Shown: in pieces, positions 1 to 9,312 of the stretch | Numbering within the stretch: position 1 is the first letter of the stretch | How the letters are laid out: every line of letters begins with the position of its first letter | From: Syntrophorhabdaceae bacterium | GTDB taxonomy: Bacteria > Desulfobacterota > Syntrophorhabdia > Syntrophorhabdales > Syntrophorhabdaceae | DNA length: 64,000 bases | Direction: 5' to 3' | Assembly: GCA_963666485.2 (NCBI GenBank) | Contig: CAXXUO010000001.1 | Span: 512,001 to 576,000 of the forward strand | Program-made: the position numbers and the translations under genes | Notes under the pieces: generated by a model | Told to the model about the DNA's origin: nothing | The model's input: only the letters and a program-made list of their open reading frames with translations | Database searches by the model: none

Positions 1-107
1 TTACGGGTAGCCCGGGCATGGTTTACAAATTAGTGGAAGTGAATATAATAAAAGGGTATGCTAATTCATTGCGGGGAAAGATAGAAAGCTCCCCGGGGAG
101 GTAAGCG

Positions 108-608
108 ATGCTCAAGGAGATGAAGGTAGCGGGCATCACGGTAGACCCGTTCACGAATACACCGATCGTCCTTTTAAAGGATTCAGAAGAAAAGGATGTC
201 CTGCCGATCTGGATCGGGCTTCTCGAAGCGTCAAGCATCGCAACAGCCCTCGAGAACATCGAAACACCGCGTCCCATGACGCATGACCTGATAAAGAACA
301 TCCTCGACAGCCTGAGCGTAAAGGTCCTCAAGATCGAGGTCAACGACCTCAAGGACAACACATATTATGCCCTGCTTCACATCGACGTGAACAAGAAGCG
401 CATGGTCATCGACGCGCGCCCGAGCGACGCGATCGCCATCGCGCTGCGCACGGACGCCCCTATCTTTGTTGAAGAAAGCGTGATCCAGCGCTCGGCGAAG
501 GTCGACCTCACGACCCAGAAAGAGGACAAGATCGTATCGGACAGCAGTGATTGGGAAGATATCCTGGAAAATCTCTCCCAGGATGACTTCGGCAAGTATA
601 AAATGTAA
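108..608 (+). CDS. Bifunctional nuclease family protein (DUF151/BFN)
   Basis: Motifs LPIWIGLLEA, PRPMTHDL and DARPSDAIAIA; GGAGG RBS upstream. Confidence 0.9.
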   Translation: MLKEMKVAGITVDPFTNTPIVLLKDSEEKDVLPIWIGLLEASSIATALENIETPRPMTHDLIKNILDSLSVKVLKIEVNDLKDNTYYALLHIDVNKKRMVIDARPSDAIAIALRTDAPIFVEESVIQRSAKVDLTTQKEDKIVSDSSDWEDILENLSQDDFGKYKM

Positions 609-610
609 AT

Positions 611-1261
611 ATGATCGACCTGCACACGCACACCCTTTTAAGCGACGGCGAACTTCTGCCCCTTGAACTTGCCCGCCGGGCAAAGGTCAAGGGCTATACC
701 ATTCTTGGCATTTCCGACCATGTCGACGTCACGACCATCGAAAAGACAGCCGAGTCCATATTAAAGATCACGAGATATGCCGAGCTCCATGAAGGGCTCA
801 CGATCATACCGGGCTGCGAGCTTACGCATTGCCCCGCGAGGCAGATCGGGGAGCTTACGGAGCTTGCCCGCAAGCTCGGCTTCGCCTACGTTGTCGTTCA
901 CGGGGAGACCATAGCGGAGCCCGTCGAGGCGGGGACCAATGCCGCCGCCATAGAGGCGGGCGTCGATATCCTCGCGCACCCCGGCCTTATTACGGAAAAA
1001 GAGGTGGAAGAAGCCAGGAACCGGGGCATCCTCCTCGAGATAAGCGCCCGGAAGGGACATTCTTTGACTAACGGGCACGTGGCGCGCCTCGCCAGGTCGC
1101 TTGGCGCCCGGCTTGTCCTCAACACGGACTCACACAGCCCGTCGGACCTGATAACGGATGACGAGGGCCGCAGCATAGTTCGGGGAGCTGGCCTTACGGT
1201 CGATGATTTCACGGAGATGCAGAAAAACGCCCGGACCCTCGTGCGGAAGATAACCGGCTGA
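611..1261 (+). CDS. PHP-domain phosphoesterase (histidinol-phosphate phosphatase-like)
   Basis: DLHTHT..SDG, SDH, ILAHPG and NTDSH metal-binding motifs; directly upstream of hisC. Confidence 0.85.
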   Translation: MIDLHTHTLLSDGELLPLELARRAKVKGYTILGISDHVDVTTIEKTAESILKITRYAELHEGLTIIPGCELTHCPARQIGELTELARKLGFAYVVVHGETIAEPVEAGTNAAAIEAGVDILAHPGLITEKEVEEARNRGILLEISARKGHSLTNGHVARLARSLGARLVLNTDSHSPSDLITDDEGRSIVRGAGLTVDDFTEMQKNARTLVRKITG

Positions 1262-1264
1262 CCG

Positions 1265-2329
1265 ATGAAATTCTCCATCAGCGACAGTGTGAAGAACATC
1301 CCTTATTACCCCAAAGCCCTCATGTACGGTCACGAGGACGGATGGGTGCGCCTATCCTCCAACGAGAACCCCTTCCCGCCGTCCGAGGCGGTCTTCGAGA
1401 CCATTCTCGACGCGCTTTTCGCTATAAACCGCTATCCCGGCGGGGAAAAGGAATTGAAGGACGACCTCGCCGCGCACTATGGGCTGTCCGCCGAGAACTT
1501 TGTCATCGGCAACGGGTCGAACGAGCTCATCGAGATGTCTCTCAGGGCAATGAAGCACGATACGCGCAATGGGGTCATCGTCACCGAATCATCGTTCGCA
1601 TTTTACGAGATAGCCGCAAAGATCTACGGGTATACGATAGAAAAGGTACCCCTGAAAGACCTGACCACGGACCTTAACGCCATTGCCGGTGCGATACATG
1701 AACGGACCAGGATCATTTTTCTCAACAACCCCCTGAACCCGACAGGGACTATGTACGGGGACCGGGAATTCGATGATTTTGTCCGGTCCATTCCCCCGGA
1801 TATCCTGATCGTTGTGGATGAAGCATACGCGGAGTTTGCGCAAAACGAACATTTCCCGACAACGCTCTCCTATATCAAGGACCATCCGGTTCTTATTTTC
1901 AGGACATTTTCCAAGGCATACGGCCTCGCGGGCCTCAGGGTAGGCTACGCGATCGGGGACCCGGGACTGATCTCCTTCCTCGAACGGACGAAGCAGCCCT
2001 TCAGCATCAACCTCATCGCCTGCCTCGCTGCACGCGCCGCATTGAAGGACAAGGCCCGGCTCAGGAAGGTCCTCGACAACAGCGCGAAGGCGCGGCGTTT
2101 TTACTACGACGCCCTCGAAGCCATGGGCCTTGCGTATGTCCCCTCCGAGGCTAATTTTGTGCTCATCCGCATAGGTGAGAGGGCGGAAGAGATTACCCGC
2201 ACGCTTTTCGACAGAAAAGTCCTTGTACGTTTCATGGGGTCCTACGGCTTTCCGGATTGCATCCGCATATCGTTCGGCACGCCCGCCGAGAACAAGCGGT
2301 GCATTGAAGAATTAAAGAAGCTGATCTGA
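1265..2329 (+). CDS. hisC: Histidinol-phosphate aminotransferase
   Basis: LSSNENP, GNGSNE, NPLNPTG, DEAY and RTFSKAYGLAGLRVGY (PLP lysine). Confidence 0.93.
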   Translation: MKFSISDSVKNIPYYPKALMYGHEDGWVRLSSNENPFPPSEAVFETILDALFAINRYPGGEKELKDDLAAHYGLSAENFVIGNGSNELIEMSLRAMKHDTRNGVIVTESSFAFYEIAAKIYGYTIEKVPLKDLTTDLNAIAGAIHERTRIIFLNNPLNPTGTMYGDREFDDFVRSIPPDILIVVDEAYAEFAQNEHFPTTLSYIKDHPVLIFRTFSKAYGLAGLRVGYAIGDPGLISFLERTKQPFSINLIACLAARAALKDKARLRKVLDNSAKARRFYYDALEAMGLAYVPSEANFVLIRIGERAEEITRTLFDRKVLVRFMGSYGFPDCIRISFGTPAENKRCIEELKKLI

Positions 2330-2348
2330 TACCCTGCCGGCCTTTTTC

Positions 2349-3530
2349 CTATCCGTAGAGCGTTTTCATGAGAGTGGGCGGTTCGCCCGGACCGAATGCC
2401 GAGTCTTCGACCTTTTTGAGAAAGCGCCTGTAGAGCCTGGTTTGCTCCTCGAACTCGACAAGGAACGCATCGTGGCCGTAACTCGACCGCAATATGTGGC
2501 ACTTCGCGTCGATGCCGGCGGCCCGGCATATCTTGACGATATTCTGCGACTGATAGGGAGGATACAGCCAATCTCCCGAGAATGCGATGACAAGGAGCTT
2601 TGTCTTGATCCCCGCGAGAAATTTGGCCGCCGGGCTGTAATTCGCCATGCTGAAATAATCGGCCGCCCTCGTTATATACAGGTATGAATTCGGATCGAAA
2701 CGGTTAACGAAGTCGTATCCCCTGTAATGCAGGTAATTCTCTACCTCGAATTCCGGGCCGAACTTGAATTGTCGTGCCCCGTTCTTCGTTCGCCTGCCGA
2801 ATTTTTCGTTCATCGACGTATCGCTCATGTACGTGATATGCCCGATCATCCGGGCAACGCTCAGGCCTTTTTCCGGCACGCGCTTTCCGTAATAGTCCCC
2901 GTCGTTCCAGTTGGGGTCCGCCATGAGCGCCTGGCGCCCTGCCTCGTTGAACGCGATCTGCTGGGGCGTGTGCTCCCATGTGGTCGCGATGAGTATGGCC
3001 GAGGCCACCCTGTCCGGATATGAGACAACCCACTGCAGGGCCTGCATGCCCCCCATCGAGCCCCCTGCCACCGAAAGGAGCCTCGCGATGCCGAGATGAT
3101 CGAGGAGGCGCACCTGGGCATTCACCATATCGCGTATCGTGACAAGCGGGAAATCGAGCCCCCACGGCCTTTGCGTCGAAGGGCTCACAGATGACGGGCC
3201 CGTCGATCCCGCGCAGCCGCCGAGGACATTGCTGCAGATGACGAAATACTTTTCCGTGTCGAATGCCAGGCCGGGGCCTATCATATTGTGCCACCAGCCC
3301 GGCCCCTTCTGTCCTTTGTGAAAACCGGCGGCATGTGCATCCCCCGTCAGGGCGTGGAGGATAAGCACCGCGTTCGTGCGGTCCTCGTTCAGCTCCCCGT
3401 ATGTCTCGTAGCACAGGGTGACGGGGCTTAAGCTTTCACCGCTTTCCAGCATGAACCTGCCGGGCGGGCCGGCGAACGTAAAATACCGCGGCTCAACTAT
3501 TCCGATCCTGTCACGTTTCTTCTTCACCAT
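2349..3530 (-). CDS. metX: Homoserine O-acyltransferase (MetX family)
   Basis: HALTGDAH, GGSMGGMQ nucleophile, DWLYP and GHDAFL triad motifs; acetyl versus succinyl specificity not determinable by eye. Confidence 0.9.
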   Translation of the reverse strand: MVKKKRDRIGIVEPRYFTFAGPPGRFMLESGESLSPVTLCYETYGELNEDRTNAVLILHALTGDAHAAGFHKGQKGPGWWHNMIGPGLAFDTEKYFVICSNVLGGCAGSTGPSSVSPSTQRPWGLDFPLVTIRDMVNAQVRLLDHLGIARLLSVAGGSMGGMQALQWVVSYPDRVASAILIATTWEHTPQQIAFNEAGRQALMADPNWNDGDYYGKRVPEKGLSVARMIGHITYMSDTSMNEKFGRRTKNGARQFKFGPEFEVENYLHYRGYDFVNRFDPNSYLYITRAADYFSMANYSPAAKFLAGIKTKLLVIAFSGDWLYPPYQSQNIVKICRAAGIDAKCHILRSSYGHDAFLVEFEEQTRLYRRFLKKVEDSAFGPGEPPTLMKTLYG

Positions 3531-3672
3531 TTTTCAGAACATTAGTTTTATCCGAACCCCTGCACTTATGCAACAGGAATCGGGAAATGGTTCCGCGGAA
3601 ATTTTCCGGGAACTTTTATATATCATACGGTGTCATATAAATTATGACAGATCGCAACGGATGGATGGAAGA

Positions 3673-3900
3673 ATGGAACTCAAAAGTTTAATGATATTGT
3701 TGATGTTCGCGATATTGACCGGATGTGCGGTCGCCCCTGTAGACCGGTACTACGCATCGGAACCATATTATGCTGCGCCCTGTTGTCCCCCTCCCCCGTG
3801 CTGCAGGCCCGCTTATGGATACTACGGCGGGTATAAAGGCATCTCCGGAGGAGGGTACGGTGGAGGGCACCACAAGTCCGGCTCCCGGCATCACCGGTAG
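3673..3900 (+). CDS. Small Tyr/Gly/Pro-rich lipoprotein
   Basis: Hydrophobic signal with lipobox ILTGC; low-complexity YYGGY/GGGHH tail. Confidence 0.6.
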   Translation: MELKSLMILLMFAILTGCAVAPVDRYYASEPYYAAPCCPPPPCCRPAYGYYGGYKGISGGGYGGGHHKSGSRHHR

Positions 3901-3912
3901 ACAGCCCGCCTT

Positions 3913-5922
3913 TTAACCGCCGACAACGACAGTCCTCAAGACCTCTTCTACGCTGATCGCACCCTCCTTCGCCAGGATAAGGCAGTAATCCTTGAGTGAT
4001 ATCATGCCCGCCGCCAGGGCCGCATCCCGTATGGCCAGCGTGCTTGCGCCTTCGGCTATGAAATGGCGTATGTCCTCGTTGACATTCAAGACCTCGTATA
4101 CGCCGATCCTCCCCTTCGTCCCCTGATTCCTGCAGGCATCACAGCCTTTACCCCTGTAGAACGTCGTACCGGCGGGGAGCCCGAGGTATTCACACGCGGC
4201 CGCGTCTTCGTAGGCCTCCTTGCAGTTCGGGCAGATCTTCCTGACGAGCCTCTGGGCGACAACGCCGATGATAGAGGCGGAGACCAGGAACGGTTCTATC
4301 CCCATCTCCGTGAGACGCATGAACGTGCCGGGGGCGTCATTGGCGTGGAGGGTCGTAAAGACGAGGTGGCCGGTGAGGGCGGCTTCGACGGCGATCTTCG
4401 CCGTCTCCTTGTCCCTTGTTTCCCCGACGAGTATCACGTCCGGGTCCTGCCTGAGGAATGCCCTGAGGACACGGGCAAAGTCGAGGCCGATGTCATGGTT
4501 GACCTGTATTTGGTTGACACCCCTCAGATCATACTCGATCGGGTCCTCTGCCGTGGAGATATTCCTCTTCACATCATTGATCTCTGCAAGCGAGCTGTAC
4601 AGAGTTGTGCTCTTCCCCGAACCGGTGGGCCCCGTCACGTATATTATCCCGTACGGCTTCTTGATCATGTCCCGGACGAGGTTGAGGACCGGGGGATGGG
4701 ATATCAGCTTATCGAGCCCCAGGGTCGTATTTGTCTTGTCCAGGATCCTTGTACATATTTTTTCGCCGAACTTGGCAGGGACTGTGGACACGCGGAAGTC
4801 GATGGACTTGTTCCCCATCTTGATCGTTATACGGCCGTCCTGCGGCAGCCTTCTCTCCGTGATATCGAGCTTGGAGATGATCTTCACCCTGCTGATGAGG
4901 GGAAGCTGTATCTTCTTCGGGAGTACCATGTCCTCCTGCAGGTCCCCATCGACGCGATACCGTACCCTCACCTCTTTTTCCATGGGTTCGATATGGATAT
5001 CGCTCGCCCCCTTCTTCAGGGCCATGGCAATGATGCTGTTCGTCAACTTGATGATCGGGGCGCCTTCGGCCTCTTTTTCTATGTCGGGGATGCCGAGGTC
5101 CTCGTCGCCCCCTTCGTCCAGGGCAAACTCCTTGAGGATATCCGACTGGATATGGTCCATCGACTCGACAAAGCTTTCGATATCGAGGGAGTCGTCCTTG
5201 GTCAGGGTCTTGTATTCCGAATCCATGAATTTAAAAAAATCTTCCTCGTTGACAATGACGAGGTCAAAAAATACCTTCGGGTATTTCTGCTGTACCGCTT
5301 TTTTTATCTCGTCGATCGCCGTGACATTGCGCGCATCGACAACGGCCAGCGTGATCTTGCCATTCACATAGGACGTGGGCAGTATCTTATGCTTGCGCAC
5401 CAGATGCTCCGGGACGCAGGCCATAATGGAATCGTCGTGCTTGAGCGTATGAAGGGAGACGGTGCCGGGGGATTCCCTGTTCTTCATTTCCTCGATGCGG
5501 TCGGCAACGATCCTGCTCAGCTCTATCGACAAAGACTGGTGTTCATGAAGCAGCACGTCGAAATCGTTCTTCATGAGGACCAACACCTTCGTATTGCCGG
5601 ATGCCATAACGGTCGCGGAACGGGGGTTTCCCGTGAGCAGCGCCATTTCCCCGAAGGCAGCCCCGTCGCCCAGTGTCGTAATGGCGACATCGAAATCATT
5701 GTTCTTGGGGTCCCTTTTCCGTATCTCAACTTTTCCCTCGATGATGATAAACATCGCATCGCCGGGCGAGCCTTCGCGGACTATCGCGTGGTTCGGCGGA
5801 TATGACCTCTCGATCATCCTTGCAGAAAGCCTCAGCAGTTCTTCGTCAGGAAGGTCCCGAAAGATGTCCGTATTTTTTAACAGCGCCATCCTGTTGACGT
5901 TCGGCGTATTCATATCAGGCAT
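3913..5922 (-). CDS. PilB/GspE-family secretion/pilus ATPase with N-terminal cyclic-nucleotide-binding domain
   Basis: N-terminal CAP-type domain (IVREGSPGDAMFII..FGEMALL..PRSATV); ASDIHIEP, RRLPQDGR, Walker A GPTGSGKST, AEDPIEY, RQDPDVILVGE, TLHAND, CPNC..CDAC; ATG at 5922 follows AAGGAGG. Confidence 0.9.
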   Translation of the reverse strand: MPDMNTPNVNRMALLKNTDIFRDLPDEELLRLSARMIERSYPPNHAIVREGSPGDAMFIIIEGKVEIRKRDPKNNDFDVAITTLGDGAAFGEMALLTGNPRSATVMASGNTKVLVLMKNDFDVLLHEHQSLSIELSRIVADRIEEMKNRESPGTVSLHTLKHDDSIMACVPEHLVRKHKILPTSYVNGKITLAVVDARNVTAIDEIKKAVQQKYPKVFFDLVIVNEEDFFKFMDSEYKTLTKDDSLDIESFVESMDHIQSDILKEFALDEGGDEDLGIPDIEKEAEGAPIIKLTNSIIAMALKKGASDIHIEPMEKEVRVRYRVDGDLQEDMVLPKKIQLPLISRVKIISKLDITERRLPQDGRITIKMGNKSIDFRVSTVPAKFGEKICTRILDKTNTTLGLDKLISHPPVLNLVRDMIKKPYGIIYVTGPTGSGKSTTLYSSLAEINDVKRNISTAEDPIEYDLRGVNQIQVNHDIGLDFARVLRAFLRQDPDVILVGETRDKETAKIAVEAALTGHLVFTTLHANDAPGTFMRLTEMGIEPFLVSASIIGVVAQRLVRKICPNCKEAYEDAAACEYLGLPAGTTFYRGKGCDACRNQGTKGRIGVYEVLNVNEDIRHFIAEGASTLAIRDAALAAGMISLKDYCLILAKEGAISVEEVLRTVVVGG

Positions 5923-5961
5923 ACTGCTTCCCTCCTTCACCCTTATAATACCGGAGAATAT

Positions 5962-6663
5962 TTATTTTTTGAAGTCCTGCGCGCATGCTTCCCCCTGGGC
6001 CGGTCCCGATTCCTTCAAGCTCCCCGTCTGCCCCTTTTTCCGGGCTGCCCAGTTAAGGACCCTCTGGCTTGCCTGCGGGCCCCACCCGACGATGATCTCC
6101 CCGTCCATGTCGATCGTCGGTACGGCGGTGCGGCCGGTCAACCTCTTCAGTTCTGCCACCCCTTGAGGGTCATTCCCGACATCGATCTCGGTATATGCGA
6201 TCCCGTTGTGCGAAAGAAACTCTTTCGCCTGTCTGGCATACGGTCATTGCGATGTCATAAAGAGCCGTAACTCCCCCTGTACGACATTCGCAGGTGTTTC
6301 CGGGCGTTGTCTTTTTAATAAGGGGTACCCGTAATACATGATCGCTATGCAGACGAGCACGATGACGATCACGGTCGGCGCAGCCGACCTTTTCTTCTTT
6401 ATGACGGGGCCCGGTGCTGTAATGTCCGGCTGCCGGTAACTGACCGAGCCCTGTTGCGGAGCGTTTCTTTCGGACCAGTATTTTCTGACTATTTCGTAGG
6501 CCGAACTTGCCTCTTTCAGCCTCTGCCAGGCTTCCGGGTCGCCGGATGATTGCTCGGCCTGGTATCTGCGTACCAGTTCACGGTACTTTGCCTCTATTTC
6601 GTTTAACTGCGCCGTTTCGGGAATATCGAGGACCTTGAACATCCTCTGGGTGAGCTCATCCAT
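5962..6663 (-). CDS. Putative selenoprotein: degenerate J-like domain, TM helix and glutaredoxin/NrdH domain (Sec at TGA 6244-6246)
   Basis: ORFs 6244..6663 and 5962..6159 are in frame. Read-through gives LFMTSQ-U-PYARQAKEFLSHNGIAYTEIDVGNDPQGVAELKRLTGRTAVPTIDMDGEIIVGW, a glutaredoxin fold; a hairpin follows the UGA. Confidence 0.8.
6210..6228 (-). promoter_or_regulatory. Candidate bacterial SECIS hairpin
   Basis: GCGAAAGA-GUU-UCUUUCGC: perfect 8-bp stem beginning 16 nt after the UGA, with G in the apical loop. Confidence 0.65.
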
Positions 6664-6882
6664 TTCATCCCCCTTATAGCGGTGGTATGTGCCGTATTTG
6701 GAAACCCAAGAATCATATATTAATAATTGTCGATTTTTATTGCAAAAACTTTGTGATATGGCGAGAATGACAAAACCGGGATAAATAAACCTAACAGAAT
6801 ATCTTCATCGGGAGTACAAGCCTGCTTCGGGCAGACTGGGCTTTTTTAAATCGATTAATTCCTCAGGGGGAGGTATATTCTC

Positions 6883-7098
6883 ATGACCGATAGAGAGGAG
6901 TACATGTGTCCTGCCTGCCAGAGCACAATTACGGATGGCGACCTGATGCGATGCCCTCATTGCTATCATTTCTTCGGGCAACAGAGAAGAACAGCACCGC
7001 GCCCGGCTGAGGCGGACGTCCCCGGCCACTTAAGCGGGTTGAAATCGGTTCTCAAAAAACTTAACCTGGGAAGATCATCGCCAGCTGACAGCGTATAA
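6883..7098 (+). CDS. Small zinc-ribbon hypothetical protein
   Basis: CPAC..CPHC; GGAGG RBS upstream. Confidence 0.6.
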   Translation: MTDREEYMCPACQSTITDGDLMRCPHCYHFFGQQRRTAPRPAEADVPGHLSGLKSVLKKLNLGRSSPADSV

Positions 7099-7115
7099 CC
7101 ACAACCAGGCAGTCT

Positions 7116-7469
7116 TTAACCACCGCCATTCTCTTCAAAAAATAGAGGACAAAGCTCGGATGAGCCCGGTACATAATCCCGGCAGACTTTCGGCCGCGTC
7201 TCATATATCTCGCACGAGCACAACCCGTCATCCGAACGAAGATAAAAACAATGATTTATCTTCGACCCCTTCTGCGAGATTATACGGTCACCCGCCCAGA
7301 AGACACCTGTGCCGTCAAGCCGGGCGAGGATGTCCGCCCGTCCTTCCTTCTCCCACCTCTCCCTGTCCCCGGCGTCCGCGTATGCGATCATATCAACACT
7401 GCAGCAGAGGCCGCAGCGGCGGCAGGCCTTCTCATGAACATCGTCCATATCCTGCAGAAAGTGTACCAT
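7116..7469 (-). CDS. YkgJ-family cysteine-cluster (CxxCxxCC) protein
   Basis: CRRCGLCC, C.YL, CEIYETRPKVCRDY; start uncertain (7448 possible). Confidence 0.8.
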   Translation of the reverse strand: MVHFLQDMDDVHEKACRRCGLCCSVDMIAYADAGDRERWEKEGRADILARLDGTGVFWAGDRIISQKGSKINHCFYLRSDDGLCSCEIYETRPKVCRDYVPGSSELCPLFFEENGGG

Positions 7470-7585
7470 GTCTGCCGGGGCCGTGCGCGAAAAAGTACGA
7501 GATCACCGGGAAGGTGCGTGCGGACATAAAGAAAGCAATTGAAAATATGCCCGCGAGGTATTAAAGAATTCTGTGGAGGAAAAAC

Positions 7586-8038
7586 ATGAGCGATGACCTG
7601 ATCACAGCGGTGTGCCCCAGGTGCGGGGCGAAGAACCGCATTCCCGCAAGCCGATGGAAGGACCGGATGAGATGCGGAAAATGCAAGGAACCCCTTGACC
7701 TGCAGACCCTTTATCCGGGCAGGCCCGTGGACGTGACCGATGCGACCTTCCAGCGGGAGGTGGTGGATTTCAAGGGCCCTGTCCTCGCGGAATTCTACGC
7801 ATCCTGGTGAGGGCACTGCCGGAATCTCGAACCGGTTCTGGATGAACTGGCTCAGGCCTTCAGGGGACAGGCAAGAATAGCGAAAATAAATGTCGATACC
7901 TCTCCGGCATCGGCATCCCGTCATGGCGTGCAGGGAGTTCCCGCCATGTTCTTTTACAGGAACGGAACGATCGCGGACCAGGCGGTCGGGGCCCTGCCAG
8001 GAAATGAGATAGAACGGCGCATCAGGGCCATTTTATAG
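7586..8038 (+). CDS. trxC: Selenocysteine-containing thioredoxin, TrxC/Trx2 type (Sec at TGA 7808-7810)
   Basis: N-terminal CPRC..CGKC zinc finger; EFYASW-TGA-GHCRNLEPVLDELA..IAKINVD..GVQGVPAMFFYRNG..VGALP continues in frame to TAG at 8036-8038. Confidence 0.92.
7819..7841 (+). promoter_or_regulatory. Candidate bacterial SECIS hairpin
   Basis: CCGGAAUC-UCGAACC-GGUUCUGG: 8-bp stem with two G-U pairs starting 9 nt after the UGA. Confidence 0.55.
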
Positions 8039-8173
8039 CGGCCTGATATCCATTCGACGACATCCCCTGTCGCCATAATGGTTACATGAGGAACCGTCGG
8101 ACGCGCTACAGACAAACCCCGCCTCTTTTTATACCCTGAAATAAAGTACCACGGATAGGGGCGGATTCTTATC

Positions 8174-9289
8174 ATGGAAATCTTGAACAAATTGAAGTGT
8201 ATAATGTATCCGGCCGCGTCGCACTATTTCAGCCATGCCACCCTGCTCGAGGGAAATCTCAGGGACAGTCGTGACATTTTCCGGTGTCTCTTCGTGGAAA
8301 ATGACGACCTGATGAACTACATGGCATCACGCATGTATGAAGGGCCGCCGGTCACCCTGAGGACATGGCGTATATGGATCCCTTCTCTGAAGAAGACCGT
8401 TGACAGCCTTTCCTGCCATATCGACATGGCGGTGGCAGTGCTTCCCAGAAAATATGAGTCGGCGATGGAAGAGAGGGCCCACTTCAAAAGCCAGACCTTT
8501 ATCTGTTCGGCCATTGACACATCGGATGGCTGGGATACGATAAAAAAACGCTTTCAGCATAATAAGCGGCAATTCTGCAATAAGATGGATAGAAAGCCCC
8601 TTTTTTCCTACCGGACATCAAAAGAATTAAAGGATTTCGACCTTTTCTATCATGAGATGTATGTCCCCCACGTTGAAAAAAGGTTCCGGGAAATCGCATT
8701 CGTCGACCCTTACCCTGCCATGAAAGCAATGTTCCTGAAAGGTTTTCTTCTTTTTATTGAAGAAGGCGACAGGTCTATTGCCGGTATTCTCTGTGAGGTA
8801 AAAAATAATACCCTCTATTCCCGAAGGACGGGAGTGCTGCACGGCAACGAGGATTATATCAGGAAAGGGGCCGCATCGGCCGAGTATTATTTTATGCTGA
8901 AATTTGCGCTGGAAAACGGCCTGGCAAAAATTGACCTTTTGAGAAGCAGGCCTTTCCTCAACGACGGGGTTTATACCACCAAAAGAAAATGGGGCGCAGC
9001 GGTCTGCCCGAACGATCAGTCGGACAAATGGGTTTTTTACTTCATTCCGAGATATACGAGGAAGATCATTAATTTCTTCGAAGCGAACCCGGTCATTAGC
9101 TGCATAAATGACAAGATGTATGGAGTGGTCGGGTGGAGCAAGGCAGAGGAACCGTGTGACAAGGACCATTCAAAATTCACCGATCAATATTATTCACCGG
9201 GACTTCACGGCCTCATGCTGATCCGCCCCGGCTCCGAAGAACCGGTAAGGATCGATTTTGAATCACCCGTCAGGACAACAGGGGAATAA
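8174..9289 (+). CDS. Hypothetical protein with GNAT/FemAB-like acyltransferase domain
   Basis: 371-aa ORF; DFDLFYHEMYVPHV, IAGIL, EYYFMLKFALENG..IDL..SRPFL.DGV...KRKWGA resemble CelD/BcsL/FemAB-like GNAT folds. Confidence 0.55.
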   Translation: MEILNKLKCIMYPAASHYFSHATLLEGNLRDSRDIFRCLFVENDDLMNYMASRMYEGPPVTLRTWRIWIPSLKKTVDSLSCHIDMAVAVLPRKYESAMEERAHFKSQTFICSAIDTSDGWDTIKKRFQHNKRQFCNKMDRKPLFSYRTSKELKDFDLFYHEMYVPHVEKRFREIAFVDPYPAMKAMFLKGFLLFIEEGDRSIAGILCEVKNNTLYSRRTGVLHGNEDYIRKGAASAEYYFMLKFALENGLAKIDLLRSRPFLNDGVYTTKRKWGAAVCPNDQSDKWVFYFIPRYTRKIINFFEANPVISCINDKMYGVVGWSKAEEPCDKDHSKFTDQYYSPGLHGLMLIRPGSEEPVRIDFESPVRTTGE

Positions 9290-9312
9290 CAAGAGGAAAA
9301 AGGCGAAAAGCG

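Noticed and set aside
4063..5805. 580-aa plus-strand ORF and similar long antisense ORFs (12814-13878, 23993-25015, 52078-53235, 61995-63176)
   Set aside because: Shadow frames opposite well-supported genes in GC-rich DNA; no recognisable motifs.
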